Shown here piece by piece: positions 40,195 to 48,551 of a stretch of DNA of 51,325 nt. The notes beneath the pieces are model-generated. The model did no database searches, was not told where the DNA came from, and saw only the letters and a program-made list of their open reading frames with translations. The stretch's first letter is position 1; every line of letters starts with the position of its first letter. Source of the stretch: Eubacteriales bacterium (GTDB lineage Bacteria; Bacillota; Clostridia; Oscillospirales; CAG-272); assembly GCA_045660125.1 (NCBI GenBank), contig JAZRDG010000097.1, positions 1-51,325 of the forward strand, given 5' to 3'. A program made the translations under genes and the position numbers.

Positions 40195-41727
40195 TTACTT
40201 AGTCGGGAATTGGAATATGACCGTGCTCGTTGCGTCTGTTGTACGCAAATAGATATAGTCACCCCTATCCATATTGCCAAAGGTGATGCCGCTCTCCCAC
40301 TCCTCCATAGTACCGGGGTAGCAGAAGACCAAATAGTGATAATAATATGCGTCCTGCATCTGTCCGCCAAAGACGCTTAAGCTTGCGGGCAGATGGATAT
40401 TGACAACCATCGCCTCCCCAAAGTAAACGTCTTCAAAGCAATTCTTTTTGATTTCGGTAATGCCCTCGGGAAGCTGCAGGGTTACTTCACCTTCCACTTC
40501 TCCCGTGCCGAGCTGCAGATCGCAAAGCGCAAATGCATGCGAATCCAAAACGCGAATATCCGCATTCTCCGGGAATTTGCCGTCCTCGCGCAGATACAGC
40601 TTGAGCGTGCCCGTGTCGGTGTCCACAAGACATCCGTCGATCATCTTGAGCGTAGGATTCTCCTCTGCTACCGTGACCGTCTCCAGCGAGGGCAAACTCC
40701 GCCACACGGCGTTATTGATCGAGCTGACTGTTTTGGGAATGGAAATGCCAACCACCTGTCGCAAAGCCGCGCTGCGCAAAACGGTCAGGCAAAGCTCTGC
40801 CTGTTCCCTGCTATCGCTCTTCTTTGCCAGCTTTACGAGCGCATCAATGCTCTGCGCATACTTCTCCTCATTCCATTCGCAGTACTCGGTCAGGCTTGCG
40901 TAAACCTTGTTCAATTCGGTTGTCGTTGCACCCGCGTCAAAGACGTATATATCGCCCAGAGCCGCAATCGGGTATGCATCGAGCAACTCCTGACGCGCGT
41001 TCTCATCAAGACCTGCAACCGACAATTTCAAATAACGCGCGGCTATACGCGCGTAATCAAAATCGCTGATGCCGTTGGCTTTTGCAGTTTCGCACAGGGA
41101 AACCATATCGGCAGCCGTCAAAACGTAGGGAAAATCTGCAGGAGCCCCCGTCTTGACAAAAGAAGGCTGATGGATATTGATCGCGGTCACAACGTCTCCC
41201 GCAGGAGAGGTTTCGGGAATCTCGATCACAAAATTCTCGGTAATCGCGGGATCGGTGGTAACGTACTCCAGCGTGCAGGTGCCGTCGCCGCCCGAAACAA
41301 AATACAGGCGGTAGGGCTTGCCGTCTTCAAGCGTGTCCTGCGCGCTAAGACCTGCAAACTGCGACTGCGTCAGCACGTTTACTACGGGCAAATCCTGCAT
41401 CAGCGTCCAAAGTGGCTGCGGCAGCGTTTGCTCCAGCTTCTCTGCCATCTTGTCCTGCCAGAGCGCAAATCCATCAATTTTTATGAGCTCTTGGGTCAGC
41501 GCCTCGGAGTCACCCTTAAGCACCGCTCTGCCTGCAGGATGCGCAAGCATGCCAACGGGCACGCAGGCGCAAAGCAAGATCGCCAAGCAAGCCGCCACGG
41601 CAAGCACGCGCACGGCAAGCGCCTTGCGTGTGTGCTTTTTCGCCAGGCGCGTATCAATGGCGTGATAACGCTCTAAAATACGGTCGTCCATCTCGCCGAT
41701 GCCTCTGATAAAGGTTTCTTGTTTCAT
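40195..41727 (-). CDS. Membrane-anchored anti-sigma-like sensor with BspA-type LRR-like ectodomain (pair 3)
   Basis: ATGA overlap with its sigma gene. N-terminal module MKQETFIRGIGEMDDRILERYHAIDTRLAKKHTRKALAVRVLAVAACLAILLCACVP. Mosaic high identity to 35276..36796. Confidence 0.75.
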   Translation of the reverse strand: MKQETFIRGIGEMDDRILERYHAIDTRLAKKHTRKALAVRVLAVAACLAILLCACVPVGMLAHPAGRAVLKGDSEALTQELIKIDGFALWQDKMAEKLEQTLPQPLWTLMQDLPVVNVLTQSQFAGLSAQDTLEDGKPYRLYFVSGGDGTCTLEYVTTDPAITENFVIEIPETSPAGDVVTAINIHQPSFVKTGAPADFPYVLTAADMVSLCETAKANGISDFDYARIAARYLKLSVAGLDENARQELLDAYPIAALGDIYVFDAGATTTELNKVYASLTEYCEWNEEKYAQSIDALVKLAKKSDSREQAELCLTVLRSAALRQVVGISIPKTVSSINNAVWRSLPSLETVTVAEENPTLKMIDGCLVDTDTGTLKLYLREDGKFPENADIRVLDSHAFALCDLQLGTGEVEGEVTLQLPEGITEIKKNCFEDVYFGEAMVVNIHLPASLSVFGGQMQDAYYYHYLVFCYPGTMEEWESGITFGNMDRGDYIYLRTTDATSTVIFQFPTK

Positions 41728-42311
41728 ACGTAGATCTCCTCCTTTTCCAAAAGGATGCGCAGCTCGCGCTTGATCTGTGCCAATTCCTTGCTCACCAAGG
41801 ACTCACTGCAGGAAAGCCGCTTGGCGATCTGCGGAATGGTCAGCGCGAAGAAATAACGGGATACGAACACGTACAGACGGCGGTCGGTCGTGCCGTCCAA
41901 ATACTCCGTGATGATCCTGCCAATGGCTGCCGCCTGCACCTGACGCGCAAGGTCGCTCCCATCTGGCAAAAATTCCTGCACCTCCTCCAGCGGCACGCAC
42001 ATGTTGGAGGGCACGCGCTTTTGTCTGCCGTCGCGCTCGTAGCGATCCAGACTCAGATTGCGCGTGATCTTTGCCAAAAACGCGCGGAACACGCGCGGAC
42101 GCTCGGGTGGAATGGTATTCCAGGTCTTGAGATACGTATCCTGCAAGCATTCCTCTGCATCCTGCTCGTTGGACAAAATGCTATACGCCACGGTGTGCAG
42201 ATATTCACAGTATTTTTTGTCGGTCTCTTCGATGGCGCGTTCTTCCCTTGCAAAGTACAGATCAATGATCTGCTCGTCCGAAAGACACGCCTCGCGTGTT
42301 ATCTTTCCCAT
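41724..42311 (-). CDS. ECF-like sigma-70 family sigma factor (pair 3)
   Basis: SD GGAGAT. Region 2 DAEECLQDTYLKTWNTIPP, region 4 LTIPQIAKRLSCSESLVSKELAQIKRELR. Confidence 0.85.
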   Translation of the reverse strand: MGKITREACLSDEQIIDLYFAREERAIEETDKKYCEYLHTVAYSILSNEQDAEECLQDTYLKTWNTIPPERPRVFRAFLAKITRNLSLDRYERDGRQKRVPSNMCVPLEEVQEFLPDGSDLARQVQAAAIGRIITEYLDGTTDRRLYVFVSRYFFALTIPQIAKRLSCSESLVSKELAQIKRELRILLEKEEIYV

Positions 42312-42345
42312 ATTGCATCTCCTTTTGTGTGTTTCAGGGGCTCTT

Positions 42346-42379
42346 ACCTATATAGACGGCATTTTTGCAAAACCTTGTA
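42346..42379 (-). promoter_or_regulatory. Shared promoter-proximal motif (copy 3 of 4)
   Basis: Minus strand reads TACAAGGTTTTGCAAAAATGCCGTCTATATAGGT and ends 34 nt upstream of the sigma 3 ATG. It matches the plus-strand copy at 42513-42546 at 30 of 34 positions. Confidence 0.6.
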
Positions 42380-42412
42380 AAAAACAATTCCATTTATTTT
42401 ATTATACTGTTT

Positions 42413-42441
42413 ATTATACTATAAATACTGCGCGAATACAA
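42413..42441 (-). promoter_or_regulatory. SigmaA-type promoter upstream of sigma gene 3
   Basis: On the minus strand: TTGTAT, 17-nt spacer, TATAAT. A second TATAAT lies 12 nt downstream (direct repeat TTATTATACT x2 on the plus strand). Confidence 0.5.
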
Positions 42442-42512
42442 GAACAACAAGCGTATATCGATGGCTCACTCCGTTATCTGCGGGAGGCATCCTTCTCTTT
42501 ACAACCTTCTTT

Positions 42513-42546
42513 TACAAGCTTTGGCAAAAATGCCGTCTATATATAT
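42513..42546 (+). promoter_or_regulatory. Shared promoter-proximal motif (copy 4 of 4) in front of the plus-strand surface-protein/ABC operon
   Basis: TACAAGCTTTGGCAAAAATGCCGTCTATATATAT, ending 29 nt upstream of the ATG at 42576. A CGTC-type -10 is typical of ECF promoters. Confidence 0.6.
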
Positions 42547-42575
42547 GGGTGGGAAAATTTTCAAAGGAGACTGAT

Positions 42576-43706
42576 ATGGAAAACGAAAAAAGACGCATTG
42601 CTTTGCCTTGGTGGGTGCCGTACAGCATCCCCGTGGTCATCTTTGCCGCGATCATGATATTTATCATTGCAGATAAGCCGGAATACACGGTCACGTTTTC
42701 TCCGGGCTACGATGGCGGCAGAAGCAAAACCGAGACGGTGGAGAAAAAGGACACTCTTGCCGTGCCCGATGATATCTATCGCCCGGGCTATACGTTTGAC
42801 GGCTGGTGGTATGAGGACGAGAGCGGCTGGCGGCTTTGGGATTTTGAAAATGACAAGGTCTACGAGGATATCACGCTGACTGCGCGTTGGGAGCACGTTA
42901 CGTATACAATGACCTTAGATGCCAACGGCGGCGAGTGCGATATTACGGAATACACCGTGCAGAGTGGAGTGCCATATGAGATGCCTGCTCCTACGCGTAA
43001 AGGGTATACCTTTGCGGGTTGGTATTGCGGTTGTCAGAACATGACCAAAGGCATATATCCGTACATTGATGATGTACCTGTCAAAGCAAGATGGGTCACG
43101 TATCCGCTTGGCATGTCGGTTCACATTGGCAGATTCGAGCAGGACGGCAACCTTGATAACGGACCCGAAGAGATTGAATGGTATGTGGTGGATTACAAGG
43201 ATGGAAAATACTATTTACTCAGCAAATACATGCTGTTTGAAATGCGATATTCGAAAAATTACCCGGATGGAGATGAAAATTATGAAGATACAAATTGGGA
43301 GACCTCGCTCATCCGTGCGTATCTGAACGACGAATTCCTTGACACGGCATTCACAGAGCAGGAGCAGCAGTATATCGTTCCAACTGCTTTGCCGGAAGGC
43401 GTCACCGATCGCGTTTTTCTGTTAAGCAAAGATGACGTTGAGCAAATCGTAGTCGAAGGACTTCTTACTATGGGCATTCCGAGTAATTATTTGATTGCGC
43501 AAGGTGTCGAAACAAGAAATGGGCATTGTGATCTCATGGAGCCCGAAACCGTATACAACACAACCTGGTATTACATGCGAGACAAAGTAGAAGTAGACGG
43601 ATGGGCTTATTGTTACTACAGTTCCATTTCCTTAGTAAGACCGGTTATGTGGATTGATGAGAGTTATTTGATCGGAACAAGCCCCGAGAAAGGAGAGACA
43701 CCATGA
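42576..43706 (+). CDS. TM-anchored surface protein: two InlB-B/Flg_new-like repeats plus a DUF6273-like C-terminal domain (copy 1)
   Basis: SD AAAGGAG 6 nt before the ATG at 42576. TM WWVPYSIPVVIFAAIMIFIIA. Repeats (YRPGYTFDGWWYEDE..., TRKGYTFAGWYCG...). C-terminal domain IEWYVVDYKDGKYYLLSKYML...WETSLIRAYLNDEF. Confidence 0.75.
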   Translation: MENEKRRIALPWWVPYSIPVVIFAAIMIFIIADKPEYTVTFSPGYDGGRSKTETVEKKDTLAVPDDIYRPGYTFDGWWYEDESGWRLWDFENDKVYEDITLTARWEHVTYTMTLDANGGECDITEYTVQSGVPYEMPAPTRKGYTFAGWYCGCQNMTKGIYPYIDDVPVKARWVTYPLGMSVHIGRFEQDGNLDNGPEEIEWYVVDYKDGKYYLLSKYMLFEMRYSKNYPDGDENYEDTNWETSLIRAYLNDEFLDTAFTEQEQQYIVPTALPEGVTDRVFLLSKDDVEQIVVEGLLTMGIPSNYLIAQGVETRNGHCDLMEPETVYNTTWYYMRDKVEVDGWAYCYYSSISLVRPVMWIDESYLIGTSPEKGETP

Positions 43707-44773
43707 AAAAGCTCCCCTGGTGGGTGCCGTACAGCGTCCCCGTGATCATATTTGCCGCGATCATGATATTTATCATTGCAGATAAACCCGAATACACGGT
43801 CACATTCTCTCCGGGTTACGACGGTGGCAGAAGCAAAACCGAGACGGTGGAGAAAAAGGACACAGTTTCTGTGCCCGATGAAATTTACCGCCCAGGCTAC
43901 ATCTTTGCCGGCTGGTGGTACAAGGATGAGGACGGCTGGAGGTTGTGGGATTTTGAGAACGACAAGGTGCTCGAGGACATCACGTTGACTGCAAGGTGGG
44001 AGCACGTTACGTATACAATGACCTTAGATGCCAATGGCGGCGAGTGCGATATGACCGAATATAAAGCTTACCCGAACGAAAAACTCAAGCTGCCCGTACC
44101 CACAAGAGAGGGCTACACTTTTGCGGGATGGTTTATCGGTGAATACGATGCCGACAAAGGTATTTACGTTTGGCCCGGCGATTGCTATGCCAAAGCCAAA
44201 TGGGTGACCTACCCGCTTGGTATGACGGTTACGATCGGTCGCTTTGAGCAGGATAACAATCTTGAAAACGGGCCTGAAGAGATCGAATGGTACGTCATTG
44301 ATTACCAGGACGGGAAATATTTTTTAGTCAGCAAATACCTCTTGACCTACCACAGATATGCCGAGAGTAATTATGACAGGACATGGGAAACTTCCTTGCT
44401 TCGCGCCTATCTGAACGGTGAGTTTTATGATACGGCATTCACCGAACAGGAAAAGCAATTCATCACGCCCACCGTATTGCCCGAGGGCGTGACCGACCGC
44501 GTATTCTCTCTTTCAAAAAAAGACGTGGAGGATGTCGTCATCGATTGGAAAATGGTTATGGGCATCGCGACTGACTACGCTGTTTCGCAGGGTTTGAGGG
44601 TGTATAACACTGCCTTCAACCCCATGCACGAGAACAGGGTGTCCTATGACATCGCATGGTACTCCATACGTGGAGCTTCCGTTCTGTGTGGTGCTTTTGG
44701 CAACACATTCGGCAAAAATGGAGTTCGCCCTGCTATGTGGATCGATGAGAGTTATGTAACCGGTAACGAATGA
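43703..44773 (+). CDS. TM-anchored surface protein, Flg_new-like repeats plus a DUF6273-like domain (copy 2)
   Basis: ATGA overlap with copy 1, SD AAAGGAGAG. Collinear paralog of copy 1; the first ~110 aa are nearly identical. Confidence 0.75.
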   Translation: MKKLPWWVPYSVPVIIFAAIMIFIIADKPEYTVTFSPGYDGGRSKTETVEKKDTVSVPDEIYRPGYIFAGWWYKDEDGWRLWDFENDKVLEDITLTARWEHVTYTMTLDANGGECDMTEYKAYPNEKLKLPVPTREGYTFAGWFIGEYDADKGIYVWPGDCYAKAKWVTYPLGMTVTIGRFEQDNNLENGPEEIEWYVIDYQDGKYFLVSKYLLTYHRYAESNYDRTWETSLLRAYLNGEFYDTAFTEQEKQFITPTVLPEGVTDRVFSLSKKDVEDVVIDWKMVMGIATDYAVSQGLRVYNTAFNPMHENRVSYDIAWYSIRGASVLCGAFGNTFGKNGVRPAMWIDESYVTGNE

Positions 44774-44799
44774 ATTGATTATGAAGGAGAATTGACTAT

Positions 44800-44958
44800 A
44801 TGAAAAAACAAGATCTTTTCAGATGCATTGGTCAGATAGATGACCACATATTGGCGAGGTATTTTGCAATAGATAAGAAGTACTTGCGTCGGAGTAAACG
44901 GCGTGTATTTGGTATTGCACGACACAGAAAACATTGTTGTAAGAGTAACGATAAATAA
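44800..44958 (+). CDS. 52-codon ORF encoding only the N-terminal module of the anti-sigma-like family (mini-protein or gene remnant)
   Basis: SD GAAGGAGA 8 nt upstream. MKKQDLFRCIGQIDDHILARYFAIDKKYLRRSKRRVFGIARHRKHCCKSNDK aligns with MNKELLFDAVGEIDDGILDRYHRMDIRLARKHARKK... No TM follows. It is below the ORF-track length cutoff. Confidence 0.45.
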   Translation: MKKQDLFRCIGQIDDHILARYFAIDKKYLRRSKRRVFGIARHRKHCCKSNDK

Positions 44959-44985
44959 GAAAACCATTAAGAAAGGAATACATAT

Positions 44986-46188
44986 ATGAGCTTTAAGAGA
45001 CTTGCTTGCTTTACCTTAGCTGCATTGCTGTTATGCAGTATTTGTGTGTCGTATGCGGCTTGCAACGACAAAGATAAACACGAGATCAACGAGCTGCACC
45101 AAACCAAGGTAGTCAAAAACGACCTTGCCGAATACGGTAACTTTGTCTGGGCGGAATCGAGCAGAATTTATCGCTTTAACCGAAAGACCGAGACCTTTTA
45201 TACCGCCTGCATCGATCCCGAATGCGACGGCAAATGCCCTGTGGATTGCGTCTTCAGTTACTTTGCGGGCGTGCACGATCAAAAGCTGTATTTTTTAGGC
45301 TGGCAGCAGTTTACGAACATCACTATGCTTGCCTATCAGGACGTTGTGACCGGCGAGACCCACGTGCTCAAGACCATGAGCGACACCGCAGACCCCAATG
45401 CCTACTTGACCTTTATTGACGGCGATTGGTGGTACTACAAATGCATGCTGCTCAAGGAGGGCGGAGACGCCACCAAGCCCACGGATTACGAGCCCTATAT
45501 TTGCAGAATTTCGCTTGACGGCTCCAAGGACGAAACCGTTTTCAAGCTTGCAGATACCGAATTTTTATATATGGCAGCGGACGGCAAGGTGGTGACCGCG
45601 CACACGGATAAGCTGTACGTAACCGACGCGGAGACCAAGCAAAAGGACGAGCTTTTCAATTTTACGCAAAACGGATATAAGTCCGTCATGTCCAATGCGC
45701 AATATTTTGACGGCAAGATGTATTTCACCGCCTTAAGTCCCAACATGGCAACCGTGCAATATACGGGCGGACAGCAGCGCATGTCTTTCCTCGTGCGCAT
45801 TGACCTTGACACCCGACAGGCAGAACGAGTGGTGGAAGGACCCGTGGAAAACTTTACCGTGACCGAGCAAGGTATCTATTACGTGCCTTTCAAGATCCGT
45901 TATCATTACGTACCGGATGATTACGAAAGAAACCCCAATAAGGTGACCTACTGCTTGTTTGAAGAGTCCATCTATTTGTGTAACCACGACGGAAGTAACG
46001 CCAAGGTCGTGTACACCAACGACAAGCTTGACTTTACGTTCTATTTCACGGTCATCGACAACACGCTGTACGGCTGGCTGTCCGATTACAATGAGCAGGA
46101 AAAAAGATTTTCCTCCTCGGGCTATTTCGGATCGGTCAACTTTGACACGGGGCGCATCGTACACGCCGTAAAGCCGGATAAGGAATGA
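44986..46188 (+). CDS. Lipoprotein, DUF5050-like distant paralog g (first gene of module 2)
   Basis: Lipobox LLLCSICVSYAAC|N. SD AAAGGAA. Motif FYTACIDPECDGKCPVDCVF at the position equivalent to VCPDPFCxH in paralogs a-f. Confidence 0.8.
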   Translation: MSFKRLACFTLAALLLCSICVSYAACNDKDKHEINELHQTKVVKNDLAEYGNFVWAESSRIYRFNRKTETFYTACIDPECDGKCPVDCVFSYFAGVHDQKLYFLGWQQFTNITMLAYQDVVTGETHVLKTMSDTADPNAYLTFIDGDWWYYKCMLLKEGGDATKPTDYEPYICRISLDGSKDETVFKLADTEFLYMAADGKVVTAHTDKLYVTDAETKQKDELFNFTQNGYKSVMSNAQYFDGKMYFTALSPNMATVQYTGGQQRMSFLVRIDLDTRQAERVVEGPVENFTVTEQGIYYVPFKIRYHYVPDDYERNPNKVTYCLFEESIYLCNHDGSNAKVVYTNDKLDFTFYFTVIDNTLYGWLSDYNEQEKRFSSSGYFGSVNFDTGRIVHAVKPDKE

Positions 46189-48551
46189 TGCGCCTATATA
46201 AATCCGAGCTGCGAAAGCTATGCAGCTCGCGGACGGTATGCATTGTTTTCATCGTGCTGCTGTGTATCAATTTTCTGCTTACGGCATATCTGTCAAAGCC
46301 CTTGCCCCACGAGGACGCCAAGAGGCAGGCATTCGAGGACTATTTGACCGATCCCGAGAAGACCGCGCAATATTACAAGGAACTGCAAATGCTTGCATCC
46401 TTGAACGAGCGCGAGGAGCAGCCGAATTTTCCGTACTCCTACTACGGCTCGCCCGAGTACGATGATTTTCTGATCCTGCGACTGATGTATAAGCGTGCTG
46501 AGTATCTTGAAAGCGGTTATACCAAGCAGGTCGACAGCATCATTTCGATGAGCGAGCGTAAGCTGGACGATATGTACAGCTTTTACTACGACGACGGCGA
46601 CTATGAGATCAAGGAACAAAAAGCGATCCTTGAGAGATACCGATCGATCAAGCAAAACGTGCAGCTTCCGCGCGAATACGCGCACGGCTACGACACCTAC
46701 ATCCAAAACAATACGGTCTCAGTCTTTGTGCTGCTGTGCGTATTGGTCTTTGCGTCGTACCTGTTTTTGGACGAGCGCGCCTCGGGCTTTGAGAGCATTT
46801 TACGCTGTGCCAAGCACGGGCGCGGCAGGACGTTCGTTGCCAAAACCCTTGCTCTGCTGACTTGTACGCTCTTTTTCGTGGTGGTCTTTTCGCTGACTAC
46901 CTTTGCTGCGGTGGGGTTGATGCAAGGCTACTCGGATATCACCAGCCCCATCCAAGTCTTTGAGGACTTCGCCAAGGTGCCTTACGAGGTGTCGATCCTT
47001 GGCTATATGCTGCTGCAAATGCTTGTGCGCGTGGTGGCGTTTGCGCTGATTGCCGCCTTTGTATCTTGCCTTGCGTGCCTGCGATTGCCCTACGTTGCCT
47101 CGATCGGCGGGGGGATTGCGCTATACGGTGTCAACGTGCTGATCAGTACGCGCACCTACATGGGCACAACGCCTGCGGTGCGCTATCTCAATCCTGCCGC
47201 CATGATCGAAGCCTGCGCATTGCTTGGATTTGACCGATACCTTTCATTGTTCGGCTTGCCCGTTTCTTACGTTGTAACGGCACTGCTGCTCTCGGTCATG
47301 GCAACGGTAGCGCTGTTTGTAACGGGCGGGATTCTGTTCTGCCAAAACGTGCGCGTGCCAAGCCTGCGGAAAAGCTTCAAGATGCCTAAGATTCTTGTTC
47401 CCAATCTTCCCGTGGCAAGAAAAAAGCACGGAAAAGTGCACACTTTTGCTTGGTATGAGCTCAAAAAGAACCGCTTTTTACTGCTTCTGGCTGCAATATG
47501 CGTGCTTTTGGCTATCAAAAGTGCGTACGTGGACAAGACTGTGGGTACGATGGAGAGCTATGACCAAGCCATTTATTACGAGTACGTGACCACCGTGCAG
47601 CCCATGGAAAGCGACGAGCGCACCGCATACATGAGGGCAGAGCGGGAGCGCATTGATACGATTCTGTTTGCCGCAGAATCCAATCGAAACGCATTCTCCA
47701 ATGACCAAATGACGGCAGAGGAATATTTTGCCTATTGCGAGCAGCTGACCGACGCAAGGGCACGCAACGGTGTGTTTGCCCGTGTGGAGAACTACGTAAA
47801 TTATATTGAGCGCAAGAATGCCGAAACGGGCGGTGACGCCAAAATCATTTACAGCATCGGCTACGAGCGGCTTTACAACTTGCCCTCCGACGCATTTGTG
47901 TGCGCTGCGCTGATGCTCTTATGCGTGGGTACGTTTGCGGTAGAATACGCGTCGCAATCCTCAAAGGGCGGCTTTTCGCAGATCTTGCGTGCCACCAAGC
48001 ACGGCAGAAAGCACACCTTTGCTTGCAAGATCATCACCTATGGCGCACTCGGCGCGTGCATCTCGGTCGCCTTTCGTGCTGCAACGCTGTTGATCGTGTC
48101 TCGCAATTACGTGCTGCCCGATTTGGATGCCGCGCTGTATTCTATCCAAGCCTTTTCCGATGTGACGTCGGACGTCACGATCGGGCAATACCTGCTGCTT
48201 GACCTTGGGCTGCAGATCCTGCTTGGCGCGATCTTTGCCGTGGTAGTCTGCACGCTCTCCTGCTTTTGCAAGCGTCCGCTTGCCACAATCGTTGCGAGCG
48301 TATTTGCCATCGGCTTGCCCGAGGTGCTTGCGAGCACCGTGCTGCCGCAGTTCGCGGCGTTCAGCATTCTCTCGCTTTCCTCACCGCTGCGCGTGACCGC
48401 CCTTTCAGCGCAAAAGCAGCTGTCCGGCGGTGATTTCACATATTTTTGGCGTGCTTTGACGCTGTATCTTTTGTTGGGCGCGGCACTCGTGCTGCTTGCA
48501 GGGCGCAAATTCTGCAAATCTTATTACAATGGGGGCTGCCATGAAGCTTGA
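46185..48551 (+). CDS. Fused double-TMD ABC-2-like permease (788 aa), module 2
   Basis: ATGA overlap with lipoprotein g. Same two-half architecture as 27301..29406: a TM plus a long hydrophilic loop, then helices, twice. Confidence 0.8.
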   Translation: MMRLYKSELRKLCSSRTVCIVFIVLLCINFLLTAYLSKPLPHEDAKRQAFEDYLTDPEKTAQYYKELQMLASLNEREEQPNFPYSYYGSPEYDDFLILRLMYKRAEYLESGYTKQVDSIISMSERKLDDMYSFYYDDGDYEIKEQKAILERYRSIKQNVQLPREYAHGYDTYIQNNTVSVFVLLCVLVFASYLFLDERASGFESILRCAKHGRGRTFVAKTLALLTCTLFFVVVFSLTTFAAVGLMQGYSDITSPIQVFEDFAKVPYEVSILGYMLLQMLVRVVAFALIAAFVSCLACLRLPYVASIGGGIALYGVNVLISTRTYMGTTPAVRYLNPAAMIEACALLGFDRYLSLFGLPVSYVVTALLLSVMATVALFVTGGILFCQNVRVPSLRKSFKMPKILVPNLPVARKKHGKVHTFAWYELKKNRFLLLLAAICVLLAIKSAYVDKTVGTMESYDQAIYYEYVTTVQPMESDERTAYMRAERERIDTILFAAESNRNAFSNDQMTAEEYFAYCEQLTDARARNGVFARVENYVNYIERKNAETGGDAKIIYSIGYERLYNLPSDAFVCAALMLLCVGTFAVEYASQSSKGGFSQILRATKHGRKHTFACKIITYGALGACISVAFRAATLLIVSRNYVLPDLDAALYSIQAFSDVTSDVTIGQYLLLDLGLQILLGAIFAVVVCTLSCFCKRPLATIVASVFAIGLPEVLASTVLPQFAAFSILSLSSPLRVTALSAQKQLSGGDFTYFWRALTLYLLLGAALVLLAGRKFCKSYYNGGCHEA

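Noticed and set aside
42461-42574. 37-codon ORF (MAHSVICGRHPSLYNLLLQALAKMPSIYMGGKIFKGD) in the divergent intergenic region.
   Set aside because: It has no SD. It runs straight through the conserved promoter motif and through the SD of the downstream gene, so it is most likely non-coding.
44779-44967. 62-aa minus-strand ORF from the ORF track.
   Set aside because: It has no SD and lies antisense to the better-supported 52-codon plus-strand ORF, which has an SD and family similarity. It sits inside a plus-strand operon.
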